Below are positions 25,121 to 38,055 of a stretch of DNA of 47,564 bases, one piece after another; the first letter of the stretch is position 1, and each line of letters begins with the position of its first letter. The notes under the pieces were generated by a model. The model was not told the origin of the DNA. It ran no database searches and saw only the letters and a program-made list of their open reading frames with translations. The stretch comes from Intoshia linei (taxonomy: Eukaryota > Animalia > Orthonectida). The translations under genes and the position numbers were made by a program. The stretch lies in contig LWCA01000145.1 of NCBI GenBank assembly GCA_001642005.1, positions 1 to 47,564 of the forward strand, read 5' to 3'.

Positions 25121-27012
25121 ATGCATTAATTTCTACGAAATTTTAATAAATCAACAAAACCATAGACTCATAAATTATTAGACTTCCATTTCTTTAATCT
25201 TCAGTCTCAAGTTTTATGGTTAATCCACAGTTTAAATTCTAGGCTTGGATAATAAATTAACATAAATAAAATATAATTTTATGCCTGAATGATAAGTAGT
25301 CTATCATAGCCTACTGAGACTTTATTTAAAATTACAATATTATTGTACTATATTTTAAATTGGATTCAAATTAATACAATTTTGTTGAAAATTAAATCTT
25401 ATAAAGTTAATGTCACACAAAACCACACTGTATTATGAAAGTATAAGTACGCACTTCAATATCTCCATCGTACTATTTGATTTTATCTTAATACGCATTT
25501 TTTTTTTATAATTTAACTAATTTTATTTTACAAATATTAATTTAAAATTTAATTTATTAGTTTAAAACGGTTAAATAAACCAATAAAAAGAATTGATGAT
25601 ATTATCTCGGCATTTTATAAGACTAAACTTATGTTCCATTCAATATAATAAAAGATTTTACCCTACCACGAAGTAAGCAATTTGATAGCCTAGAACAACT
25701 TGTGCTGTTGATATATACACCATATCAGGAGATGTAAAGGGGTAGAAAGTTTGAATTCAATTGGGAAAGGTTACATTTTTCACCTAGCACAATAGCTGTC
25801 GCGAACTGTTAATATTTAACGATTCAGATATCAATAAATGGTCCCTTTCTTTCACTTTCCCGGGAAAAATGACTTATTAGTTTATAGTCGATATTACTTA
25901 CTGGTAGGCTGCTCAATTACTTAAAAAAATGCTGAAATTGACAAAAATTTTAATAATAGGAATCATTATCGGATATTGTTGATTATAAACTTTACATAGA
26001 CACACAAAGCGAAGTAAAGTTAGTCGCATTAGTTAAGAATTTTAGTTTAAATATAACTTTAAAAATAATATGGATAAAGTAATTTTTTCTACCATTATAT
26101 ATATGGTTTTTCAACTACTATTGACGAATATTATAATCAGAGTCTAACTTATCTTCTCGATGCCACCCGATACTGAAAAATTCGCCCCTAAAAAAATTCA
26201 AAAACGAAGCATAGTGTTATATAGCTCCTAGCCACTTCTCTAAGACTCTTAACTTGAAATTTTAAATTTACTACAAAAAATACATTAAAATGTAGTTATG
26301 ATATTCAAGAATATTTTTTAATGCTCAATTAAAGAAATGATGCCCCCATTTTACAAAAATTTCGTGAAGGTCCTTCGAAATGGTGTGTCGGGTACACTAG
26401 GTTCGAAACTGATAATTAACTAAGAAATTTCTTCTCTAGTGGTTGAAAAACAAGTAAATAATTTTTGATACGTCAATACACTGCAAATTTATGCATATTT
26501 ATTTCTTGTTCATTTTTATTTTAAATTTGGAAACATTACGCCTCTTTTATTTCACACCATCCAACAAATATTCTTGTAATTCTTTATCTAAACTTTATCT
26601 ATATGTTTTTAACATAGCTGTCATACATACGTGGGTATCCTTTGTCAAGCAGCTCAATATTTTTTTTGAAAAATGTTGGTCACGATAGCGAAATAAAGGA
26701 AATTCTATTATCAAAATTAAAAATAAAATTGTCGATCTAAGACTATTAATCCACTTAAATAATATAAACAACTTGAATTTCTTAAATACACATGTAAATG
26801 TGATAATATTTTAAAAGTGGATAAAAATTTTAATAATAATGTTCATTCCAAGAATTAGTTTCATTATTTAATTTCCACTTTTTATATTTTGAAAATCTTC
26901 GTTATGCCTCTACATTTATCTGTTAATAGTTTATATAATTATTACCATCTATATACAATATGTAGTCTATTTTTATGTTTTCAATTAATTTTTTAACTTT
27001 AATTTTGATTTA

Positions 27013-27615
27013 ATGCCCATTAGGGTGACTTTTTAATACTTAATAGTATATTATGTTGCACGTTTTCGTTTTATCGATCATTATAAATGTTTTTTATTTT
27101 TTTCTAGTTTAGTTTTAATTTTAAAAATGTAGGATGATCAAATTGATATGATCAAAGATGATCAAGAAAATATAAATTCATTTGCAAATTATCATTATCA
27201 TTCAAAACAAGATAAAGCAAATCAATCAGATTTGATGGTTATTTTTAAAAAAATTTACTTACATTAGTTACATATATTATATACATTATTATTATTTTTA
27301 TAGTCCAAACTCAAAAATTGTGAAACTGCATTAGATGAAGTAGAATTATTTGATGAAAATGATTTTTGGTATTTGATCATTTTCTTATTACATTCATTAC
27401 TTATTTTTATTTTTGATAGGATTGGAGTTGGAAATGCATTCTTTAAACAAACTTCAACACAGTCAAAGGAAAGTATTGAATCTTTGGCTGAGTTTTATAA
27501 AGATGAAATAAATAAAAATGAAACGAAAATGAATCAAGACGATCAAAAAATCCAAAATTTAAAAATTGAATTAAATAAAAAATTTGGAGATTCCATAATG
27601 TTGGAAGATAAATAA
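27013..27615 (+). CDS. PFDN4: Prefoldin subunit 4 (start uncertain: ATG 27013 or 27148)
   Basis: DDQENINSFA..KLKNCETALDEVELFDE..IGVGNAFF..IQNLKIELNKKFGDSIMLE*; short introns. Confidence 0.85.
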
Positions 27616-27843
27616 CACACTTGTTTTATAAGATTAAATAAATATTTGGTTATCATTTCAAATATATTTTAAAAATTTACCCTTTACAGCATTATTTCAA
27701 TACATTTAAAATTGCTACGTTAAATCCAACTGAAACAAGTTTTTTATTCATTATCCCAAACTTTGCATCAATATAAAGTCTAGACATTGATTTTTTGTAT
27801 TAAGGTCACAATAGTATTGAATAAATTTAGTATTTATTAAATC

Positions 27844-30800
27844 ATGAAAAAAACACATTGTCAATCTTCAGACAGCAGTTCACTCGAGTCTACAAATGAA
27901 GAAATGAAACCAAGGATTAAATGGGGAAGTGATACCGAATTTGTTCTATCGTGCATTGGGCTTGCTGTAGGTTTAGGAAACGTTTGGCGATTTCCTTATT
28001 TAGTTTACAAGAATGGAGGAGGTACATAGTTGAAAATTAAAACGGTATATTTTTGTATAGGTGCTTTCCTTATTCCTTATTTCATAATGCTCTTATTTGT
28101 TGGTTTACCTCTCTTTTTCATGGAGTTGGCTCTCGGTCAATATATATCCAGAGGACCCATCAAAATTTGGAAAATTAATCCACTTTTTAAAGGTATTTAT
28201 ATTTTAATGTGAAAATTCTTCAATATTTATCATTTGATGATTAACCCTTCTAATTGTATCTTTAATATTATCATGCAAAATGAGTTTATTTTATTGATTA
28301 TGGGAAATTAGATTATTCTAATTAATTATTCCACATTTAACCCTAATTTAATGGATAATGTTTCATTTTTAAACATTCAAAGTTTTGTAGACATTTACAG
28401 AGATATAAGATATTTATGACAATTTGTATTTCTTCTCTTTCTAAAATGTACATTCACTGTGTTTAAGTTCATTCGCGGATAAATCATTTACATTGCTCTA
28501 TTAACGCGGTTTTTACGTGTCGGTTTGAGTAAATTCTGACAAGTTACGTGCCACCTACAATAGGTACAAGTCACAATAAATTTTAATGACTATAATCAAA
28601 GTCAAAACTACTATACACCAACAAATTCATAAACCTCTCAGAGTATAAAAAATTAAGTATATATTTTATTTTATTATTAACTGTCTAAACATATTTGTCA
28701 CGCCAGGGGGGGCGACTGCCCACCCCACCTAAATCCGCTACTGCAACTGGCCATAGAGTTTTGCTATATTTCTTTAAAAATATATAATTTTATTTTGACA
28801 TTGCGCCAAGCGTAATACAAAATATACTAATGTTATCAAATTTTTAGATCTTTCTAAGTAAACTTTTTAAAGGGTCTATTTAACTTCAATTATATTTTAT
28901 ATGATATGCATTTTCAATGGGTAAAAAATAGAATTTAATTTCTTCTTTCGGATTTAGTTTAAATTGATTATATAATAATTACAGTGGTTGCTAAACTTAA
29001 ATCATTCACATATACAAAATCATTCAAAATCAAATCATGTACTATAAAAAAGTAAAAACTATTATTTTACACATATACGTAATTTTAACTATGAAAACAT
29101 TGTTCAAAGGTTCTGAAAATTCATATAGACCACAATTTAAAATTACATTGAAATTTTGGCATATTTTCAAAAATGTAATGATTATAATTATTTTCAAAAT
29201 CTTTCGTTTATTTGCATAGACATGATCTTACAAATTATAAGTTACAATTTATTCTCCAATTTCTTGCGCATATCTTAAGTATATTATATTTTAATTAATT
29301 CTGATTTTAAACTTTTTTCTTTAAATTAAAAATGTACAGTATTTGTATATACTGTATTTATAAATTCAATAAAATGAGGACTGGTTCTTAATCTTTTTGA
29401 TTTTATACATAGTCTTACATATTTACAATACAATTTATATTTATTATATATTTACAATAGATTCATGACTATTATATTACTATTTAATAATGCATAAACA
29501 TGACCAATTTAATTGAATTTTTTAAATTGCATTATATTTACTCTAAGTCAGGGGTGGCCAACCTTTTACATACCATGCGCCACATTTTTATCATGCGATC
29601 TCAGATGCGCCAAAAATGTTTGTAAAACTCCGGTTACTAATAGAATTATACGTATAAAAATATAAACTATTTTAATTTTTACAATATAAAGCTATATTGT
29701 GTAGTGGTCCTTAATTAATGAGACTTTTAGGTTGTTTTGATTTTTCCAGTTTTTCAATAATTAGATTTAAATACGTCACTGAGACCATAATAATGTTATT
29801 CAAGAAATATAATAAATCATTAATTAATTAAGACTTAATTAGGATTATCTTGTTAACATGTAAATTAAGAGTAACCAATTTAACGTTGAACGGATCTTCC
29901 AGTAAATTCGGAAAGTATTTAGGTTATTTTTCCAATACCACGGATTACTGAAAGAAAATGAAACTTATTTACAATTTAAAATTTTAATTTATTAAAATTG
30001 CTAATGCGCCCCTCCAATGACGTAATGTGCCACTTGAGGTGCATGTATCATAGATTGAAGACCCCTGCTCTAAGTAAAAGTGTTAATAAAAGTAAAATAT
30101 TTTATAGGGAATATTCATCGGCTACAATTAACGGACCGGTCTTGTAGGTTAGAGAACTTTAGGTTTTTTAATGAGGGGCCCTGGGATACAGCCCATATTG
30201 CCCATGCCTTAAAACGGCTCTGCCTATTGTGTATTACGTTTATCTTCTCTAATGTCAGTTTCTGCTTTGTAAATATAATAAATGTAAATAAAATACAATA
30301 TTAGTATACAAATGTAAATTACATTATGTAATTACCTTTTTGTAATTTTAATTCTCACTATGGGAGTGCTTTTTAACCTTTTTAATTATGTAAACTTGAT
30401 TAACAATTAAATATACATCTTAATTTATAATAATAATACACTAACTTTTACACTAATAAAATACATCATAGGAAATTTACTTGTAGATCTATTATTAAAT
30501 TAATACAATACGTTAGGCATTTAAGTGTTAATGAACATCCGATAAACTTTTAATTAATTATTGGGGAATTCAGCAATGAGTCCGCAGAAAAAATATAATA
30601 TTAGACTAAGAACTTAAAAAGGTAATATACTGATAATATTTCGATATTTTTTAAAAATGACCTTTTAAGTGATACGCGAAACATTTATTGTGAAATTACC
30701 GGTCCGCGGTAAAAAAGTTTTGTTAACACATAGCTTAATTTTAATTTATCACTCCCATGTTAGAAATATAAACAAAAAGTAACACTTGTCATCATAATAT

Positions 30801-33800
30801 ATGAAAAAATTGGTTGGAAATAGATAAATGTTAAACTAGTACAGATTTTTCAAACGTATACATACATTGTACATTATATTAATCTAAATACCTGGAAAAC
30901 CACACGGACTCACTTTAAGAACTATTTTCCTATACTATATTATATGTGTTGTTAACATGTATCATTAAAGTTTATTTAGGAGTGGGTTACGCAATGATAT
31001 TTGGAACCTGGATAATTTCCATTTACTACAATGTTTTGGTTGCAGAAATAATGTACTTTTTATGGGAATCTGTCAAATCTACTTGGACAGGAACTATTCC
31101 TTGGGATAATTATAAAAATTTGACTGGATTGAATTCAACAAAATCATATTATTAGTTATTTAAAAAAGTTGTGTTTGTAATCCATTTTTAGTAATCACAT
31201 TTTGGAATTTGATGAGAGAATCATATCAGAAAAACCTGAAATAGTAAACAAAATTTACAATGGATCTTATGGTATGAACAATCTTGGGAGTGTAAATGTT
31301 AATCTATTGATATTTTTAATTGCAAGCTGGATTATTATATACTTTTGTTTGTTCAAAGGAATTAAATCTCTTGGAAAAGTATATTTTAATTTCCTTTTTT
31401 CACTTTTATTAGGCTGTTTACGTTACTGCGATATTTCCATATATTATGTTGGCTATACTGTTGGTTAGATGCTGCATGTTGGAAGGAGCCTCACTAGGAC
31501 TAACGTATTATTTGTACCCAGATTTTTCAAAGCTTTATATTCCAAAGGTGTGGTATCAAGCGGCAACTCAAATATTTTTTTCATTAAGTGCTTGTAATGG
31601 ATCATTGTTAATGATGTCCAGTCATAATCAAAAAAATCACAACTGCTACGTGTAATATTTTGATGAAAATTTATCTACTTCATTATTACTATCTTGCTTG
31701 TTAATTAATATTATTTGTAAATATATGAAAGACCGAACTTTTTTTAATTCAATATACATATCGTATACCAATATACGTATATATCAATATACATATTAGG
31801 GAATGATATCCGATTCATCGATTCATCGAAAACCCGGTTAATCGCTTACAATAATCGGAGAAAAATAATCGGAATATATTTCGAATAATCGGATTTTCAA
31901 AAATTTCATTGAAGTCATATATCATATTACAATTTACTTTAAAGTGAATTATTCCATCTTAATTTTTTGTTTGTTAACATTTGCGTATAGAATTTTAAAA
32001 ACAATTGTTACCCCATTTTTTTAATTTATTAGACCAGAATGTGTGTATAATATTAAAAATATAGTAAAAGCAGTCCAACCCTAAAAATTGTACAGGATAC
32101 AACTGCACCACCTGTAATTTTTTTTAAATTCTAGGGCTGTTTTCATTAAAAAAAGAAGGGTAATTTGGGGTTTTGGCCCTGAAAATATAATTTTTCTAAA
32201 TTGAAATTTATGATAATGTATATGATTTTAAAATCAGTATCAGCGTATACATTTTTTTAAATTCTCCAACTCGTTTGATTTTCAAAAAAAAGACAATTGG
32301 GGTTTTTGACCCGTAAGCTGTGAGTTTGGGATGTTTAAATTTATTTTGCGAACACCCCTGGTAAAAACTGTAATTGAAATGTGAACTTCATAAAATTCTA
32401 AGACGGGTAGTTATTTAAATAAAGTGGAACACACACACATAAACAAATATCGCGTAATATACTATATAAGTAACGATTATTGGTTTTTATGTTAAAAATT
32501 TTAAATTCCTGTTTTTTATTTTATAAATTTAAAGTTATTAAAAAATATTTATCTAATTTGTTTGGAGTATAATTTTTAGGTTTACTAACCACCCTAAAAT
32601 CCATTAAGTTTAAAATCTGATTATTTTAATTATTAAGAATTTTAAGATATACATTTTTTGTGTATTTTAATTATTGAATCCGAAATAAAATGGATGAATT
32701 TTCTGTCTAGTAGACAGTGTTTACCATTTATTTGTATTGTTTTTAGGAGTAGCATCATAGTTGCAATTATAAATGCACTCACCAGCTTTGTGGCAGGAAT
32801 TGTAATCTTTTCAGTTTTGGGTAACATGGTTGTCGGAACAAATTTGGAAATTAATGAATTGGTTGAATCTGGAGCTGGATTAGTTTTCACTGTATATACT
32901 GCCGCTTTGTCTAAATTGCCTATAACTCAACTTTGGGCTATTTTGTTCTTTATAATGATGCTTACCCTTGGATTCGGATCTATAGTACTTTTAAATTAAA
33001 TAGATTTATATAATTTAGTTAACCTTAATGGAAGCAGTCATCGACTCATTATCCGATGATATTGTTTTTCTACGAAAAAATTGGTTATTACCTCATTTTT
33101 TCAGACTTTTTATGATTATTCTTACCTGTGTATTAGGAATCACTGTCGTTACCAATGTACGTTTGAATATAATTATAAATTATAATCATTTAGAACGGAC
33201 TGTTATTGTTAAATTTGTTAGATTCGTTTATGGGCGGTCTCCCATTGTTAGTTATTGCCCTATTAGAAGTTGTCGCTGTGGCATGGATATACGGTATGAA
33301 TTATTTACATGTCGATGAAACCACGTTTCGAAGTTTTTACTTTAATTCAGAATTAATTGGTAGGTCATTTCCAACAATTAAATATAAATTAAAAATTTTT
33401 TTTCAGTGAATATTGTAAATCCAAAAATGTGTTTTTATCTACTTGGTTGTATTTATACGAATTATAAATATTTGATAGGGATCGATAGATTCTGTGACAA
33501 CATTTTCCAGATGCTTGGTAGATATCCAAATATTTATTGGCGTATTTCCTGGAAATTCATAACTCCTCTTATTTTAATAGTAAATAACATTGTAAAAATT
33601 TTTGCAATTATATTTAGATGACAATTGGAATGAATTTTGTATATTACGAAAGATTAACCTATGAAAATTACCTTTACCCCATTTGGTCTGAAATTTTTGG
33701 TTGGATAATATGTCTGAGTCCAATAATACTCTTTTCAACCATTTTCCTTTGGAGGGCTGTAAAAATGGGAGGTACCAATTGGTGGAAGGTACACTAGCTA

Positions 33801-33919
33801 TGTATATTTTCAATTTAAATTAGAAAATTGTAAAAAATATGCAACCTCTGAATAATTACATATATACTACAGACAAGATTGAACTTGAAGATTTGAATCA
33901 AGAAAAAATTGATCAATAA
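27844..33919 (+). CDS. SLC6 sodium/chloride-dependent neurotransmitter or amino-acid transporter (non-monoamine type)
   Basis: [121 protein letters not shown]; long introns 28193-30979 and 31652-32746; TAA 33917-33919. Confidence 0.93.
29549..30067 (+). mobile_element. hAT MITE family A, copy 3, in SLC6 intron 2
   Basis: CAGGGGTGGCCAACC..GATTGAAGACCCCTG with perfect 8-bp TSD CTCTAAGT (29541-29548 and 30068-30075). Confidence 0.92.
30172..30222 (+). repeat. Right end of MITE family B
   Basis: GGCCCTGGG(A/C)TACAGCCCATATTGCCCATGCCT shared with 42303-42335; ends AAAACGGCTCTG, complementary to CAGAGTCGTCTT at 41899. Confidence 0.6.
31945..32476 (-). mobile_element. Non-autonomous Helitron, 3'-truncated, in an SLC6 intron
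   Basis: Minus-strand A|TCGTTACTTATATAG..TTTGTTTATGTGTGTGTGTTCCAC; colinear with 44082-44800. Confidence 0.8.
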
Positions 33920-33920
33920 T

Positions 33921-35333
33921 TTATTCACCAAAATTAAATTTTAATTTTTTGCAGCTAGGTGTATTAAGAATTTGACCATTCTTGAAATCAGCTAAATACA
34001 AAAAAAAACTGCAAATCAATGCTAAAGAAACAAAATATATGAGTATATATTCGATCAGAAAATATCCATAGTTTTCTGAAATGTACCCAAACATGTTATT
34101 GAATACTGAAAGACCCATGTTTTGTAGAGATTGAATTATACCCAACGCCATTCCAACTCTAGTATTATCTACTGTCTGTGAAATCATTGGTATGAGAGTA
34201 CACCCTATAAAAGCCATTCCAATAGATACCAGTGATATAGTAATTATAGGATTTGAAAATGTAAAACACCAGAGATTATTTGATACAATTAGTAGTATTA
34301 AACCAAATTGCATACAATTGATCCCATATTCCATAAATTTAATTACATATCCGAACAATGGAGAAAACAAACCAGACACAATATAAACGCTTCCAATCAT
34401 TAATCCTGCATCTACACTGTTATAATTGAATTTGTGTTGCAAAATCATATTACCTGTTATTATAAACAAAGTAATTGATGATGTATAAAAAAAGTATATT
34501 AAAGTTATTGAATAGTAAGAGGTACTAAAATTTTTGAAATCCGTTATTTTTATTTTTTCGTGAATTTTTTCGTATTGATTAGGTTCATTGACTAATTCTT
34601 TTTCAATACTTGTGTACTCACTATTATATTGTATATCTATAAATTTCAAAATTATTGTAATAATAACAGATAAACCACAAGATGCTAAAGGTAGGCAAAA
34701 TGTCATTGCCAGTGTGGTTGTATTTTCAAAATGATACCGTTCGAAATAATTGTAAATTGATGGTAAAGTGAAAAGACTAAGTGATGTGCCTATTCTAACG
34801 AAACTTAATAAGAATCCAAATATTACGTTAAGTTCACCGTGAGGTTTGAACCATTTTATAATATATTTATATTGAGTGATTTGCATAGATTCTGCTCCAA
34901 TTCCAAAAATAACTCGTCCAACACACATTGTCCAATATGCACTGAATAAAACAGAACATACCTCTATTGTATATCCAACAAAGACTATACTGGCAAATAG
35001 AATTGTTCCATTTTGGATTCCAATAAACCGATCAATAATATAACCAATGAAAAAGGGTAGTACAATGTTGGGATATGAATAACAAGAAAATAAATTCATT
35101 AATTTTATATTATCTATTCCTGGTGGAAAATTTGCCAAATGTTTGCTTAGAGCAGTAAGGGCATCAAAGCTAAAAATAACTCCCGTGTAACTAAATAATA
35201 TCAAAAATCCCACAAAATAGCGAAATGTTTTTGTTTGTGTTGTAGGTTTAGTTTTTATTTGTATTTTGCACGTATTTGAATTTTCGCTGACATCTTCAGA
35301 ATTAGATTCGTAAAGCAAATTTTGAGTATCCAT
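33921..35333 (-). CDS. MFSD1: MFSD1-like lysosomal MFS transporter, intronless
   Basis: YSYPNIVLPFFIGYIIDRFIGI, GRVIFGIGAES, WFKPHGELNVIFG, YIVSGLFSPLFG, GMALGIIQSLQNMGL; first ATG at 35333 (the track starts at an upstream TTG). Confidence 0.88.
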   Translation of the reverse strand: MDTQNLLYESNSEDVSENSNTCKIQIKTKPTTQTKTFRYFVGFLILFSYTGVIFSFDALTALSKHLANFPPGIDNIKLMNLFSCYSYPNIVLPFFIGYIIDRFIGIQNGTILFASIVFVGYTIEVCSVLFSAYWTMCVGRVIFGIGAESMQITQYKYIIKWFKPHGELNVIFGFLLSFVRIGTSLSLFTLPSIYNYFERYHFENTTTLAMTFCLPLASCGLSVIITIILKFIDIQYNSEYTSIEKELVNEPNQYEKIHEKIKITDFKNFSTSYYSITLIYFFYTSSITLFIITGNMILQHKFNYNSVDAGLMIGSVYIVSGLFSPLFGYVIKFMEYGINCMQFGLILLIVSNNLWCFTFSNPIITISLVSIGMAFIGCTLIPMISQTVDNTRVGMALGIIQSLQNMGLSVFNNMFGYISENYGYFLIEYILIYFVSLALICSFFLYLADFKNGQILNTPSCKKLKFNFGE

Positions 35334-35565
35334 TATGTTTAATGTATTCAATATGATTGTTCGTTTTCTCTTTTAATTTACTGTTTGGATTTTTCAATCA
35401 TAAAATTTGTTTATATTTATGAGGAAACAATAATTATGAAGCTAACTTAAATTGTTACTTTATGCATAAACTTATTATTGTTATACATTTATAATATATG
35501 AATTGCAGTAACCGCTACTTTTTACTAGCAATTTCGTTTTAATGTAGATTACATGAATATAAATG

Positions 35566-36169
35566 GCTCGCAGTGTTAGAGTTATAATGTTCTATTTACA
35601 TAAACATAGTTTTGCATAAATCGAATTTAAAGTTTAAAAGTACTAATTCTAAAATATAATTTTTATACTATTTTATTGAAATTTAATTATACAATTTAGT
35701 TTGTTAATATTTGTTAAAGTATATTGAAAAGTTTTGTACGATAAAAATAAAAACAAGTGTTTTTCAGAACTTAAATTTCACTAATGGAACAATAACTATT
35801 TGATTTGAAAAAATTGCAAATAGAACATAATTCTATAGACACTGTTAACATTTAACATTTTTATCATCAAAATTAATTTTTATCAATGTATATGTATAAA
35901 TTATAAAATTATTTACTCATTGTCCATTTTGATTAACATACTTTTAATATCTTTCTTTTTAGAATCTTTGAGGTTATTTTTAATAGGAATTTGATAATTT
36001 TATAAGGAATTATCAAGTCGAGATTTAGTAATTGAACATGTAAATGTTCGTTATATTATAACATAATACGTTTTCAAGCTTATTTTTTTTGGTAAAATGT
36101 AAAAGATATGATTTACAACATTTTTCATCAAAAAGTCAAATAGAACATTATAACTCTAACACTGAGAGC
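35566..36169. mobile_element. Foldback/MITE-like element with long inverted repeats upstream of MFSD1
   Basis: Perfect 27-bp IR CAGTGTTAGAGTTATAATGTTCTATTT (35571-35597 and 36138-36164) extending imperfectly outward; no clear TSD. Confidence 0.65.
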
Positions 36170-36889
36170 TATTCATTTACATAAATAAATATTTATTAAT
36201 TATATTAATATTAAATATTAAATTAAATATTTAATATATAAAATGCGTTCCCATACTTTTTTCACTTCTCACGATTTCGATAGATGTTTGGAGTCTATTA
36301 AGAGTTCCAAAACCATATTTAAAAATTAAAACAAATTTAATTTGCAGTAAACGGATCCTCATTGATTGATTATGGTAGAATAACGCAATACAACATTTTT
36401 GGAAATATTTCAGAACCATTTATATTGTATTTTGTAATTCACGGTATTGCGATAACGGTGACACCGTTCATTATATCTGACAAATTCGAAATTCTGAGAT
36501 GAAAGGGTTATAAAGTAGAATATTTTACCATAATTATAATAAAGTTATTTTCACTGTCATCTTTTAACTTAATTTTAACCCTTTCCAATAATATTGCTCA
36601 AATTTTTTTAACAGATGTGCATTGGATACTTAGTTTCAATACACTTTAAATAAAAAATGAAAAAATACGTAATATTTTAAAAATTAGGGCTGAAATGCTG
36701 CGTTTTTTTTTATAAATATTTTAATTTTTGAAAGTGAAGCAATAAATTTTAATATACATTGAATATTTCTGATTTGGTATATATTAAATTATATCATACT
36801 TCAATTCCGATTTTTCATGAGTCAACTTTAGAAAAACTTCTTTTGAAATAGAAATTACAAAATATAAAGAAAAAATTTTAATCATGACA

Positions 36890-37140
36890 GATTGGTGTTG
36901 ATCGTGCACCATACATAATCTTTGATGAGACCTATCAAATGTTTGCCTTTGTATCTTTGTTCAAAGTGTTTTAGGGGTTGATAAAATTTTTCTCCGTACT
37001 CCTGAGTAAAAAAATATATCGGGAAATTTGTCATAATGACATTAGATAAGGTGCACTTTGAAACTCATAAGGCATCCAATTTTTTTGATAATATTGGAAA
37101 AATTATTCTATGATCTGATGTGAACGTTTTTATTTAATTG
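36890..37140 (-). pseudogene. Chapaev3-like (CMC) transposase C-terminal remnant
   Basis: IGCLMSFKVHLI*CHYDKFP/..TQEYGEKFYQPLKHFEQRYKGKHLIGLIKDYVWC matches the remembered motif GCxMSLKIHFLHSHLDFFP..SDEQGERFHQDI..ERRYQG..MLADYCW. Confidence 0.75.
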
Positions 37141-38055
37141 TGTGAAATTATAAATATCAAATGGTGTTCTGACAATTTTTTTACCACAGAAAATGATATA
37201 TGTTAGGATTAACTGATTCTATACGTAATAAATGTATAATTCTCCGGCAAAGTTATAATCTTCAATTTCAAGATGCCTATCTATTCAAAAACTATCATAA
37301 ATAAATGAAATGACATTTGTTAATCTTGCATTTAATAATATTATAATATTAATCATATATTTTAATCATTTAATGTTATACATGTAATAGAGTCAAATCA
37401 ATAAATATATTAATTTAAATAAAAAATAAAATAAATGTTAACCTTTAAATTTAAGAAATTCTTATAATTAATACAAATCGACACATTGGGTCCACTTCCA
37501 CAATCAGTTGATGGCTATTAATTCATTACGTTATAAAATTCAATGTTGTGTTTGTCTGTGTGGTACCGTTTATTTAAAACGTTAACAGTCTTATAATTTA
37601 AAAAACCCAATTTTGAATACAATCTATCGCTAGTGATATTTATATCTGTTTGATTTTCCGAAATTGAGTACTTCAAGGTCAAAAACCTAATTTGCCTATT
37701 CTTTTAAAAAAACATAAATCTGGAACGCGTTTTAAAATTAGAACAGTACATTTTCATGATTTTTAAGGATTTACATTTTTTTGAATTTGTCAAAAAAATG
37801 GCTCTAATTGATAATTATCTGTATCTTCAATGATGTTGATACTTTCACTTCAAATTTAAGCTGCATCTGAACGTTTTAAAAAAATGAACGTTGAATGCAC
37901 AACTTATGCATTGTATAGTATAGCCTATTGTATAAAGAGAAGAAAATTTTAAATCAAAAGTCCTGGTTCGGCCACTGATACATATATGATATGTTTTAAC
38001 AAGATAATAATTTATGATTTAATATATATAAAAATTAACAGATTTTAATTGAACA

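Noticed and set aside
26380-26412. tRNA or SINE suggested by B-box-like GGTTCGAAAC
   Set aside because: No cloverleaf and no properly spaced A box
25600-26700. Further decayed transposase fragments (also 36230-36420)
   Set aside because: Only weak hAT-like hints such as LPVSN; not enough motif support to call
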